Shown here: positions 1-22,600 of the stretch, piece by piece
Position numbering within the stretch: position 1 is the stretch's first letter
How the letters are laid out: the number at the start of each line of letters is the position of its first letter
NCBI RefSeq assembly: GCF_964204645.1
Contig: NC_134027.1
Location: forward strand, 25,196,560-25,260,559
Length of the DNA: 64,000 nucleotides
Direction: 5' to 3'
Source of the DNA: Tubulanus polymorphus
Taxonomy: Eukaryota; Animalia; Nemertea
The notes under the pieces: generated by a model
Told to the model about the DNA's origin: nothing
The model's database searches: none
What the model saw: the letters and a program-made list of their open reading frames with translations, nothing else
Translations under genes and position numbers: made by a program

Positions 1-600
1 CAAACAAAATACCTAGTAGAGTATAATCCTGTACACTGTGGCCATTTCACAGTTAACCAGTCCAGTCCGTTGTTCTCTGAGGAACCCCTTCATCGTCTAA
101 TATTCAGAATGCAGTTAAGACAGCAAGCTTTGAAGGACAATCGGTTGACTGGAAATTTCCAACAGGTGCCAGTTACACAGACAAAGGCCAAGTCAAGACT
201 GATCTAAGAGATGTCGTAGTTCTATAGCCAATCTAACACCTGGTAACCTAAGACAAACTCCTTCTGATTCTACAAGAGAACCCACTAAATTCAAATTATT
301 TGAAACCAACGAAATACATTCAACTGGTTTTTTTCATAAATCTAGGTTAAACATATTTTACATGCATTTATGTGTAGATGGACTGAAAATACATGTATGA
401 GAGTATACACGATAGTTAAAAATCCGGATTAAGTGGACTTTTCTGTAAACTAACAATGTAAGATCAGTCCAATCTCATTCCAAACTAACAAGACTGATAA
501 TTTTGCGCCTTAACAATGCATTTAATAATCACTCAACTTGGTCCAGCGGGGATACGTGGTGTAACCCAGTTCTGAAAAGCACAAAGCTAAAGCACATGTA

Positions 601-749
601 CAGTTAAGCTCGCCTAACTCGGACTGGAAAAATTGGACCGGGTTCAGCAAAGTCCGATAGGAAAATACGTTAGGAAGTCAGAACAATCATTTTGTTATTG
701 TCAGAGTTGGTCAAAAGTCGGTCCTGTCCGAGCAAGGTGAGGTTTACTG
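601..749. mobile_element. Tc1/mariner-pogo-like MITE
   Basis: ta|cagttaagctcgcctaactcggac ... gtccgagcaaggtgaggtttactg; same family as 60293-60409. Confidence 0.55.
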
Positions 750-1578
750 TTTATAGAAATACATTTTTGTCAGTTTTTAAATGTTTACATTATAGCGATA
801 TCTTAGATTTGTAAGACCCGGTAAACACATACATAATAACATTATATTGATGATAATCAGTGGCGCTTTACAAAATCCCATGACCCACAAGAGTGATAGA
901 AATGTGGTTTTACAGTTCATGGTTTTCTTCTGGTGTAAAATATCAGAGACACCGGCGATATACGATAGACCTTTTTACAACGTGCTCTAAATTATTCAGC
1001 ATTATATTTTTTTTCTCACTGGACCTCAATTTTGGCGAGTAGATAATGACTATATTCACAGAACCGATTGCTGGACCGGTCTCAAGACTGCAGAAACTAA
1101 ATGAATTCAAAACCTCATTTTCAGGCGAGACCGGGGCGTCTTAAAAATAGAATTTCCCCTGAACCGACCTGATTTTGATTTTACTCTTAGAAATATATAA
1201 AGAAATCTATCTGGATTGATCTGGAGCCAGTTGAAGTCGTGGCTCAGATTTAAGACCAGTCCAAGACCATCTTAGTTCTTTAGCCAACCTAGCATCTTAA
1301 GACCAGTTGACTCTACCAAAAGGTTAAAACATCAAAAACATACGAAATGAACTTTAGCGTCCAGAGTCCAGTTTCACGCGAAAGTTAAACTCAAATTTCA
1401 GGTTTAATTTCAACGAGGACAACATTTCAAACACGAACATGTCAACTTTCAATTCATTCATGAAACTGAACCCTGGACTCGTTTTTAGAAGCTACGGAAA
1501 CGACCTCCGCGGACCGGTCTCAGACCGAAATTTCAGAGTTTAAAGGCCCCGAACGACTCTAACAGCGGAAGCGAAACG

Positions 1579-10015
<8,437 letters not shown>

Positions 10016-10693
10016 TTTGGTTGTGTCGCTAAGAAAACACGTTGCAATAAGTCGAAGATTCTCTGAATATCTATAGTAGTTCAATAAATTAGTCAAAAAT
10101 ATTGTAAATATTTATTCTTTATAATTGTTTGATGGAGATTTTATCTCAAAACTTTGTTTAAGGAATTCTCATGAAACATCATAAATCGAAGTGACATGAT
10201 AGGGGTATATTTTAATAAACTAGCTTAGTAATACTGGTTATTCAATAGATGTAATTTTTGGAAAAAAAAGAGCTATTACTCTAACATTTCAACACTTATA
10301 TTTGGTTTTCTATAAAATTTAAGGGTGAAAATGTGGATTTCTTTATTTATGATGGAAATCTGAGCATCGATCTATCTGAAGAATTACGAACGAAGCCATC
10401 GGAATTGACTCTAATTTAATGTCATCGACTTTCGTTTATAATTATAGAAATTTTATGACCAATTCTACGCATCTTATACTTAATAACGCACAAATAATGC
10501 TCTAGATGAAATTCTTAATACAAATCATTTTGGGCAGAAGAAATTTTTTCGGGGACTAAAATCTCGCCGCTGACAACCGTAAAACAACATGGCGGCCACT
10601 CCTTGGCAACGTTCAGTTCGGCCCCGATTTTTCGCGTAAAATGAGTGTGTCCGCGGTGCGGAGATGTTGTCATCGATTTCCAATAGCGCCTAA
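10016..10693. promoter_or_regulatory. Divergent promoter region METAP2 / TTLL3-like
   Basis: Start codons about 680 bp apart, head-to-head; YY1-like aacatggcggc (~10586) and gccattttg over the METAP2 ATG; X-box-like cactccttggcaac (~10597). Confidence 0.6.
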
Positions 10694-13600
10694 ATGGGGA
10701 GGCGTAATCCCTACAGGGAACCCGAGTTGCAGTCTGTGCCAAAAATAAGCTACCGGACGAAAAAACTAGCGTCCGCTTCGCGAAAACGCAAAGTCGACGG
10801 CCGATCGAAGCCAAAAAACCAGCAAAACCATCCGGGAAACTTCATCAGTATCGCAACTGATTCGAGCTCTTACGATAAAAGCGTTCCGAATTATATGCAA
10901 GATACGATAGCCAGGAGGGAATCTTTAGTGCTGCCACCTTTACGCAGGTTAGAAATCGCGAAAAAACTCTACGCGGCCTCTTTGACATTTTCCCCCTCTT
11001 CAGGTTCACCGCCGGGGAATAATAGTCCTTCCGAGCGAAGACAATCTAATTCGAAAATTTCCGGACTATCGTTTCCGAAAGTGAGCGATAATTTATCGTT
11101 GACGTCATCTTTGCATTCGAAGAACAGTCCGGCCGCGGCAGCCCACGATAGGATAATGGCCCGAGCTGCGGCAATCGCCACGACGACGACGAACGGCAGT
11201 CGAAAAAGCTCGTTCCAATTCGCCGACGAAAATCCGTTCACGTTTCAGCCGAAAGTGAGTTCGGCAAGCGTTCGAATAGTCGAAGGTTTGGGCTCGGATT
11301 TTATGACCAGGCAACAGCAACACATTGAAAAACAGAAGAAAAATGTACGTATTTTTTTGTCTTGTAGCTTTAGCTGAAGCGATTATCAAATCTACGACCT
11401 GAAAATTATCTCCTTTTAGACAATCCTGGTCAGTTTTTGAAAGCAGGCCGTTTCAATTAAGAATGTCACGGATGAAGTGTTTGAAAGTTTGCTGATAAAA
11501 TGTCTAATGTCTGGTGTTTGTAGTTTATTTTCAACGAAAAATGTCTGTGAAGTCCCGATCACATTCAAAGTCAGGATAATCAAAAATTGTTACTGAACAC
11601 ATCGAAATATGGATGAACAGTTTTTGAAGTCCGGTGTTTGAAGTTAATTTTTTCATTAAAAATATCCCTGAAAGTTCTGACCACACGTGAAGTCTGATCG
11701 ATCAACGGTGACAATGTCTGAGGCCAGGGCCGGGTCCAGACAGCAGATTGACTGCTCTTTATTTTACGTTTATTAATCGTTACAGTTGGAACAAGCGAAT
11801 CAGCATTATCAAGAACAGATCAGAGTGAAGAAATCCACGTCTCCTACAGAGAAAACTAACACTAAGAGAAGTGAGGTATGCAAAAATCATTGTTCTTCAT
11901 CAAGTTCTTTGTTTAAACCCTATTTGGGTAATCTATAAAAGGGGTTTCAGTTTTGGATTTTTTAGCCTTTCTTATCAGTCGACTTCTTTGGGCTGAGCTT
12001 AGCAAAGGAGTTTTACTTTAATCGAATTTGATTAATGAATCTGTTCTAAAGGGATTTGCTTTAATAATTCATTATTGATATGCTAAAATTTAAGTGAAAG
12101 ATTGATTTAAAAACCAAGTCTCAATCTTACAGTTGTGTGAGCATGGTTAAGTTGAAACTGAGTTGAGATTAGTTTTTCATTTCCAATGTTTTGACGCTAA
12201 ACTCAGAACTTTGGGTGAAAGTCCTTCGAAAAAATGGAAAATGGAAACAACATATATGTCGGGGAATAGGCGAAAAGCAAGTTAGATAAAAGTGGCCTCC
12301 CTGGTCAAGTCATTGGTGATTAATTGGATTCATTTAGTTCACTGTGTGTGAATTACTGGCGTTAAGGATTACGCTAAGAGCTGATTGCTCACGTATTTAC
12401 TGGTCAAATGTTTGAATCCACTTAAAGATGTCTACGGTCTAATGATTTAAGTGTTTATTATTTTATGGTCACTCTAATCTGGAACCTATTCAATCATTTG
12501 ATATATATATATATATACTTAATAAATAACGACATTGAAGCGTTATGAAGTTCATCGTGTGCTGAATATCCTGTGTTAACAGGGCTGACCCCAACCTGAC
12601 CGCAAGTAATGCGAAAAAAAATCCCCCATTTTCTTTAACCATTTTTTGGAAAAAAAACATATCTTTCTCTATACTATGGGAGTTGGACTATTTTATGTAG
12701 GCCTACATTAGGCACCAAAAAAGGTGGTCACAAAATACATTTTCAGTCGGTACAAATCATGTTGAGATCGAAACTATTTGCTAATGTGGTTTTGACCTGA
12801 GAAAAGGAAATTGTCTTGTCTTATTTATGTGATCATTTTTAATCCCTTACTAACCAACCAGTTACATCTACCGGGAAAGAAACATTGGGTTTGATTTTGA
12901 AGTGGGAAAACAAGTAAAGTTTATGGTAAAATTTAGGCTAAAATGATACCTTGTCCTCATCAGCCAGGTCGCTTTAGTTAACCGCAATGAAATTTGTTAT
13001 TACGATATTTCATTTCTAAAGTCGCTGGGTCTGTTGTTGTTGGCTTGATCATGATTTTGAAACAAAATTAATATTCAGGGCAGATCTATCTGCCCTGTAT
13101 ATTACTTTAACACAGTCGGCCGGGTCAACTTTTCAACTCAGCAGAAATGAGAAACAAGGTATTAATTTCTTTTAAACTTAACTTTTTGCTAATCTAAATA
13201 CATGACCTTAAGTTATTTTCTTTCATCTTGTATATAAAATATCATTGTATGTTAAATAGGCAACTATACGTCTTATTTATTTGATTTCAATCGCTCTGAT
13301 GCTTACTGGCATATAAATCTGGGAAGGATTCGGGGGATTTGATTTCGGAATGGGAAATCAAGTACAGTCGGATGGTCGGTGGAATTTACTGAATTCTTTT
13401 TTAAATCGAAGTACGTAATTGGAAATTTCTGTTCAGGTTTGTGTAAACAATCTTCCTTTCAGCCCAAACAGACAAACGACTGTTCGGGGGTTGTTTATTT
13501 TCGTTGTTTTAAGCACAAGAGAAATCATGAAAGCTGAACTGATTTGATTGCTCGATCGCGTGTTGAGAACTGAAAGGTTTCCCCTGAACTTATTGTTAAT

Positions 13601-16600
13601 CAATTATGAACTGGTTGATAATTCAGTAGTTTCTGGTCTCTATTCGCCGTGAAAGGTTAAATCAACTATACCACTTCCACATAGGCCTACATGAAACCAT
13701 CAGTAAATACGCAGGTAGCTAAACTTACTAGAATTAGAGTCACCGTTGTAGGCCTAAAATTGGCAGATCCTGGATCTTTAAATATATTTTTGAAATGTAG
13801 TTGTGGCTTGTATTTAAGTTTGTAATGTTGTAATTTAGGTTAAGGGTAACATGGAAATGCGCTCTGAACCAGTGGAATGTGTTAGTAAGAATGAAGTAGT
13901 CAAATATTTAGGGGTTTAGATGTTTGTGTATGCGTAAACATGTTCCTGAGGCCTCCTTTTAAAGATTTAGGTTTAAGTAGCTCATTAATTATTATTTAGG
14001 CGTAGTAATAACAATAATGTAGCCTATAATTCTGTTAAACTTATTGATCATTTTTCAGATGATCTGACCTTGATTTTGGTCGTAAACTAGTTCAGTTTTA
14101 TCTTAAAGGTTACCCCCGTGCCTAAGGCTGGTGTCACAAAATCAGTCTTAACGTTTAAATCTAAAACTATTTCATTGTTCAGTTTTAATGCACGGTTATA
14201 ATCTACTTGGAATATTTCTCACTGTACACAAATAACGTATTCATGAAATTGTTTCGTTTGCGTAAAGATCTTTTTCTTATGATATTCTATACATAGCGCT
14301 AAGACTTTTCTTACTTTTTTCCCATGAACGAAAATATAGTTTTTGTTTTGCAATCGTGTCAGTATGTTTGGGACAGAAAGTTCTAGAAAGTCAAGGGGAA
14401 TGAAATCAAAAAATATTGACCATCTCTTTACGACCATTTTGTGACTATAGTCCGGGGTATTGTGATCAACTTGTAGCAGTCTTAACATTTTACTTGCAAT
14501 TACTTACTAAACGTTAAATAAATTTGTACTCAAAATTTGAGGATTTTGTTGATGATTCTTGTTTTTAGGTGCATTTATTCAAACTTAATCGTTTTAAACT
14601 TTTTCATGTAATCAGGTCCAGATCTGGGATTCTGGGCCCAGTTTCAATGTACATTTATGACCAGTTTAAGATTCTATATAGCCAATCTAACAACTAAAGA
14701 TCAGTCTTATAGAGCTGCCAACTGTTCCTGATTTTCAGTATTTCATTAATATTTTGTCCCGAGAAATGCTGTTGAATTTTTTTTTAATGCATAGCCTACA
14801 GAATTGTGAAAGATGTTACTGAGGTCCTAGGAATTGATAACAGATTAATTTTAACATTTTCTTTCATATTTCAATGAAATGTTACTGAAAATATTCAACT
14901 AGTTATTAATAGCATTTTTCACAGGTTGGCAACCCTGGTCTTAATGATTTGAGACCATTCGTATCCATCTAAATAACCCTCGTATTTAAAGTATCAAATA
15001 TCACCGCAACTGCCCCACCACGTTCCATCCCACCCCGCTCCATCCCACCCCACCTTGCCGTAGCAAACTGTTTTGTAACGCTGACTGGTTGCCTGGTGAA
15101 CCCTGTCACGCTCAATAAACCCTTCAACATCGCTAAACACATGATTTTGTTTCACAGTAAACTATTTATCATTGTCTATCACTGTTACATCGTCATGGCT
15201 ACACTTCCTGGCGTCTGCCAGTATCGCCGGTGCTCCAGCCGCGGCTGTTGCGGTTGTCATCATCTCATCGTCATCGAGTGGATATTTATTGTTATTTAGG
15301 AGGATTGTATTAAATAATCGTTTTTGATTAGTGTGCATAAAACTGCAGCTGATATTAAGTGGCTCTCTGGTGAGTACTGAGCCATCATCATAATTACTTA
15401 CTGGATGGCTTATTTTTTACAATAGGTAGCCTCAATGAGGATATATGTTATTTTGAGGCCCATTTGCACAATCACAGCTTAAGTAAAAAACCACTTAGAT
15501 AGTTTAGACCACAGTCACAGTTGTGAGATTGGCTATAGAACCAAAAATTGAGCTCAGACTGGACTTAAGTTGTTAGATTGGCTATAGAACCAAAATGAAC
15601 TCAGACTGGTGTTAAGTTGTTGGATTGGCTACACAACCAAAATGAGTTTAGACTGGTTAGATTAGTTATAGAACCAGAATGGGATATGATAAAATCGGTT
15701 TATAATCTAAACCATGAATCTATTACCAGACCCTTAACCCTGAGGACTTACAATCAAGACTTGGGTTCAAAATCTGGTCTGAAAAATACTGAACTATCGA
15801 TTACAATAATTTTCACACTTTCGCATCTTTCAATTGTTTTCTGCAGAGTTTTGACGCCGGGAGCGAAAATAAGGACGCAATGAAACCACAGGCATCGCAA
15901 TCAAATACATCGGTGAACAACAACAAATCTACTTCATCTAAAACCGTTTCAAATCAAGGTCTGAGCAGACTGGAAAATAGTAAGTGAAATACCGCGATTA
16001 TGGCACGGTATAAGGTAATAATTTCCCCTGGAGAAAATTCCACGAGGTAAAAATCCCCCAGGTAAACGATTGTAACCTAGTTTTTATTCAAGTTGCCTAC
16101 TCTTGTTGGGGGATTTTTACCAGGGGGATTATTACCTCCATTCTTATGGCACTGTTTGCTTTGAATAATTGAAGTTAGGGTCCTCTAACAACTTGAGATC
16201 ATTTGAATTGTTCATTTGGAGTTGTCCTTATAAATCTTTTCTGTTGCAACATGGAATCTAGAGTCCATGGTTGCACGCAAAAAAGGTTTTCTTGGTTTGT
16301 CTCTCTTACAATATACTACGCGACAAACGCGAAGATATAGAGTTGAAAAATGTATAGTTCAAAAGATCTCTCTATGTCTGATGTTTAGTGAAGTGTCCAC
16401 ATGTATTTTTGTCTTGTATTGTGTTTGCGTTTCAATGCGAATGCTTAATGAAACAGCTTTGTAATAAAGGGCCGGGTCGGTTGGAATTTATTGTGTACTC
16501 AGTAAATTACAACACTTAATCATGTCAATACACTTTCCAAAATTATCCATTTCTTCAGAAAAATTGCAACATAAAAGTGATAAAAGTAATAAAAAGTCTT

Positions 16601-19600
16601 TTGTGTTGATCGGTAAATGAAAATCTTTATCGCGGAAAACTTGTTTTAGTAACGAGGCCCAGTGCCATATATTTAAAGGTTTCATTGACTCGATCTCTTT
16701 TTGTTGTGGTAGGCAAGAGAAGTTTGGTGTCAGGAATTTTTTTAACCCTTTCACAGTGGTTCCCTAGATTTATCAGGGTTTTAACAAGCCATTTTGGATG
16801 TTCCACAGTTGCTAGTTAATAAAGGTTCCCTTAAAGGTCGTTGTAAATAAGTTAGTTTGACTAATGTTATGGTCAAATTTTACAAACGAACTTTAATCTA
16901 ACTAGAACTGGGTTAAATCGTTGATATAACATAACATAACTGACTGATATCTATTGTAAACAAAATACAGTTGCAAAGTTTTGCTTTGATTAACTTCTAC
17001 AGTCCAATCATCATTGGAGGTTTTAGTTATACTTACTTTCATATAATTACTGTGGAACTTCAGAAAAATCATTATTTCACATGTAAAATTTCTATACCTA
17101 CCACCACAAAATGTAGATTTTTGCGTTGCTAAAGCCTGTGATAGACTAAGCGAATTTCATGGCTGAATCATTTTTTTTAAACCAAATTTTGCGTAATGTA
17201 CCACAGGACACCGAAAAGATTTAGTGAAAAAATACATCAGATCATTTATTCTCCTAAAATGTATGAACCTCTTTTTCCTGAATTCAATCACAGGTGTATT
17301 ATGAAGTTTGTCTAGTCTGTCACGAGTTTAAAATGTTAACAATCACGTGCGTGAGTTCGACCACATTTCGCACTCCTCAATCGATTGATACTTTTACCAG
17401 GTCCGTACGGTTCGTTGGGCGTCGGCGCGGGCCCCGGCACAGTTCTCGCTAAACAGAAAACTAAAATCGCCGCCAATCTGAAAAAACGTCAGAACACGAC
17501 GATCGTAGATTCGAGTCGAACGCAACGAGGTAATAACGAACGTAAAAATCCAACTTTACACGAGTCAGAAAATAATCAAGGTAAAATTCGGTCTAAGTTT
17601 TTGCGTTTAGTGTTTTTGGCTCCTTTCCACACACCTACACGTGCCTCTAGTGCAAAGGTAATTCCCTTTATCTTCTCAGTATGTTTGCGAACATCTTGGC
17701 GACAAATTCCTAATGTTTTTAAAGATTTATTCAAGTTAGACAAGATTATTTCAGAGCGGAGAAACTTTTTCTCTGGCGAAATCATTTGGGAATTATTTAA
17801 GATGATAGATAGATAGTAGTTGTAGACATTTTTTTCAAAATTTTCAACCCGATTTTACACGGTCTGGTTCAATTTTTCTAATAGCACTTGTTAAAACATT
17901 CACCGTGTGTAATAATCATCACAATATAACAGCACCAAAACCAACAAATTTGATGAAAAACAAATCTCAAATTTAGTCACACATAGAATAGAAAATTTAA
18001 GATATAATTTTCTCCGTCGCTTGAAAATTTTATCTTCAGATTTCAAATGTTTTTATTTCATTTCTAGATGAACATCCCGAACACATTTCGCATAATCGTA
18101 GTAAAACGCTGCCCCCTGGTGGACAGAAAACGACGATGTCGAAAGTAACAGAGATGAATCTAGACCGGGTGAAAAACGCTAAATTGATGGCAGAACGAGC
18201 TATCAGGGTACGTTCCCTCGAAGCTGCTCCTCAAGAAGTTAGGCCTAGATGGCTTTCACTCTACAGTCAAATTGATCATAAAACTTCCACTGAATTCGAT
18301 TGTCAGTGTGTTGCAGTCATATTTGAATATCTATTAACCCTTCTCAGTGCGTCTACACCGCAGTGCAGTGTATGAATCGGTGATGGATTTTGCTAGTACA
18401 CCGCACTGCGGGGTATTGATTTAATTAGTAATTAGTTTTCATCTCTATTGAAAGATGGCAGCACCTGTCAAACATAGTGAAATATTAGTCACTTACGGCA
18501 GTGCGGTGTATACGCACTATAGTGGTATTCCCGTTATTCCACACACTAGGGTGGAATTTCCAAAAATTTTCAAATTATCTTCAGCACTATAGGGTATTGA
18601 TTAGTCAGCACTGAAAGGGTTAAATTGATTTGTTGCAGAAACGTAAAGTATTCACGATACAAGGACCGTACCCGTCAATCCGAGCGAGTCTACGCCGTCG
18701 AGGCTGGGTGGAGAAATTCTACAAGATTCCGGGACCGGTGAAAAAAATACAGAGATCCGTGAATCGTAAACCGAAAATTGTCGATTCCGATGACGATAAT
18801 GATGATGATGACGGAGATGATGATGGAGACGCTGATGGTAAGCATCTATCGTGTTTACGTATAAAACTTACAAAAAAACAGTGTATTTTGCTTATCACAC
18901 TTATCTTATTAACTCATTGCCTGCCAAAACCGTACTGGTACGGTTGACTTGTTTCTTAACTTTAACGATAGATGGCGAATCCATCGCACAACAATAGTTA
19001 GTTTAATGCCTTAAACTATTATCAGTCGTTCAATGCAGTGTGTTAGTGACGTCATCTATTGAAATGGGGTCTGAACACGCATGAATTGGCATAATAAAAT
19101 ACCCCCTCTGCACTAGTGATTGCTGCAGATTTTATCAGTTTTAGAAGAAATGCTGCTTATTTTACATGAAAAAGCAAGACCAGATAAACAAAATAAAACA
19201 AATTTGATGATGATATCTCTTTTAGTTTTTGTTTTATGAATCTCTGAATAACACGGAAATCCTGGCAAGTGCAGCATTAAAGAGTTAAGAAAATTGAACT
19301 GCATTTGCCGAATTTTTGATAAATTTTGTATTTCTTTATGAATTATGAATTTTATATAATCATTTCGATCAAAATTCTGTTATGTCTCTTCACTTGTGTA
19401 CATTAATGGAGAAAATTCTATCATTAATTTAATGATATTCTCTAACACAGATTACATGGCCGATGAAAATAAAGTTCCTCCGTGGGAAGAAAATGATGGC
19501 ATTTACGGAATTATGGTTCGTATTTCTCTTGATTCTAAACTCTTCCCAGAAACCTGATTGTTTTATGATGACATTATCATAGAATGTTTCATCTGGGGCA

Positions 19601-22600
19601 TGAAGCCGCAGTTTATTGGAGATCTTTCTGATGACTTAACCCTTTCCTTGTGTCTACACCTCAGTGCAGTGTATAGATTAGTGATCGACTTTGCTCTTAC
19701 ACCGCATCACAGTGTATTGATGCTTCGCTTTTATCTCCATTGAAAGATGGCATCACCTGTTTAACATAGTGAAATACTAGTAACTAATGATACATCGCAC
19801 CGCAGTGTAGACGCACTATAGCGATATGCCTGTTATACAATGCACTGGGGTGGAACCTTTTTAAATTTTCTAATCATCTCCTGCCTATATCTTTTTGGTA
19901 TTAATTATTTGATGCAATTCAAAGTTGATAAAAGGAACACGACATATATCATTGAAATGTCTATATTTCAGTCTCGTATAGCGCGGAATTCATCGCCGAC
20001 GTTCGTCTGGTGTATTCGTCGCGACGCGGTCGATTTCCGATTTATGAGCAGAGATCAGATGGTGAATCATTATTGTCGCGCCGGTTCGTTTACGACGAAA
20101 GCCGGGCTGTGTACGAACATACGAAACGTTCAATGGTATTACGACGCCGATCCCGATACGTTCTTCCCGCGTAGTTATAAACTCAATAGCGAAGACGACG
20201 ATAAGCTCAATTTTGTTGGTAAGTCTCGTTACACTTATTGATTTCTTACCCTTTTCAGTGCCGACAGTTTCATACTAAAAAATGCTGTTAAATGCTTTGT
20301 CAAATTCCACTCCAGTGCCTTGTATAACATACACACTGTTATATTGCATCTACCTCTCAGTGCGGTGTGGTGTATATCATACACACTGTTATATTGCATC
20401 TACCTCTCAGTGCAGTGTGGTGTATATCATACACACTGTTATATTGCATCTACCTCTCAGTGCGGTGTATATCATACACACTGTTATATTGCATCTACCC
20501 CTCAGTGCGGTGTGGTGTATATCATACACACTGTTATATTGCATCTACCTCTCAGTGCGGTGTGGTGTATATCATACACACTGCTATATTGCATCTACCT
20601 CTCAGTGCGGTGTATCATTAGTTATTAATATTTACAATATAAGATACTGCCATCTTTCAATAGAGATGGAGATTCTTACTAATTGAAAATAAGATGGATA
20701 CGCTGCATCAGGTGGTAGGTGCAATATAGGGTGGGTGGATTATACACTACATACCAAGGTACTCGAACTAAAAGGGTTTTAAGGGTACTTGCACTGAAAG
20801 GGTTAAAGGCTTCAACTGTTTATGAAGTCACCTAACCCAGGGTTTCAATTAATTGCACGAAATTCATGATTTTCGCTACCAAACATTCTGCATTCCTAAG
20901 AGCTGCCATGTTTGTTTTGAATGAAGAGCAGCAATATCTATTGGGTTTCAATCTTAAGTTGTTGGGGATTTATTTCATGAATTTGATTGTTTTCAGATGA
21001 TTATCGGTTGTCAGCTTGTATGAATATTATTAAATGGGTGATCTATCGGCATGAAGGTGAACCGGAGCCAGATGAGGGGGAAGATGAGGAGAAGGGTGAA
21101 AATGAAGATAAAGAAGAGAAATTAGAGGAGAATACTTCAAATATGTCAAATACATCGAATACGTCAAATGCGCCAAATAACAAATGTATGTTTGAATACA
21201 GTTCTTTTTCATTCAAAATATTGTTATGATATTAGTTTGACAATTGGTAAACCAACAACTGTAGTACCTGACCCTGAGTCAACTGTGAAACTGGTCCACA
21301 GTAAAATCAAACCACACTGTCAGCTTAGTACTAGGTAGACTTAAAGATCAACTCATTTAGTTGGTGTGAAATACACTGCAGAAGAAATTACTGTTACAAT
21401 CCAAATGGTTTCGAAATGATGACAATTTTCTTGAATTTTGCAGCTCCATCGCGTAGGAAGAAGAAAGGAGGTGTCGTTCCGATGAAATGTTTAGACGTAG
21501 CTATTCAACAATGTGAACGATGGATCAGATTCAAAAACAACGAAGATATCGATCATTGGGAGGATGTAAGTTTTAAAAATTCTTTTAAATGTCTGGTCAA
21601 CAGTTGACAAAGGTTAGAATCAGGATCAATTCAAACGATTGACTTTTTTTCAGCCGTATGAAATTTCTGATGCTCAATGGGATCAGCTAATACAGTGGTC
21701 TTATCAACTTACTCAGTAAGTCAGCATTCTTCAATCGCAGGGATATAACTATGTATATACTTCCAGTTACATTCACCCTTTCTGTGCCATCTTTCAATAA
21801 AGATGAAGACTTATTACTAAAAATCATCACTGCACCATGATGCGGTGTACTATCAAAGTCCATCACTGATTTATACATGTCACTGCAGTGTAGACGCACT
21901 GAAATGTTTAAGTTTGTGCACAGTTTTTGACAATTTTTGATATAAGATTCAATATGTAGTCAACCTTTGATTATCCCCCGACATTCAATCATCGACCATC
22001 CTTAGTAAACGAAGGACCGGGAAATCGAGTCCCTGAAAGTCAAAATTTCGAAATAAGTTCTGAAGATTATGGATCCGTTTCTCGTTTTTGTAGGGATGAC
22101 GGTGTAATTCAACAGAGTAGATCGCGGTTAGCCGAATGTCAAATAATGGCCGATCGCCTACGACTGACGAAACCTCAGTTTGATATGGACGGTACGAAGA
22201 ATATATGGATTGTCAAACCTGGCGCCCAATCAAGAGGAAGAGGTAATGTAAAAAAGGCCACGATAAAAAAGGGTATCACCAAAATCCTAAATCAACGATG
22301 TAGGGGAATACCATGGGTTTGACTTGTTTCAAATTCCGAATCTGTTTTATTCTCATGAAAATGCGAATGGATTTCACGCGAGGGCAAACTCGATTTTCGT
22401 AGATCATTACACGAGACAGAAAGACCCATATATCCCATTAGTAATATGATTGCTATGTCATCTCTGGTGATATTTTTTTATTTTCAGAAGCTTGATATCG
22501 CTATGTTTTTAACTACCGTCAATTAGGGAAGATATGTCAGTTTTTAAGCAAGCAGTCATGAGAAATATCAAATTAATTCAAATAGTAGACAGATTCACAC

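Noticed and set aside
20282-20686. Three overlapping repetitive ORFs
   Set aside because: Produced by the 50-bp minisatellite.
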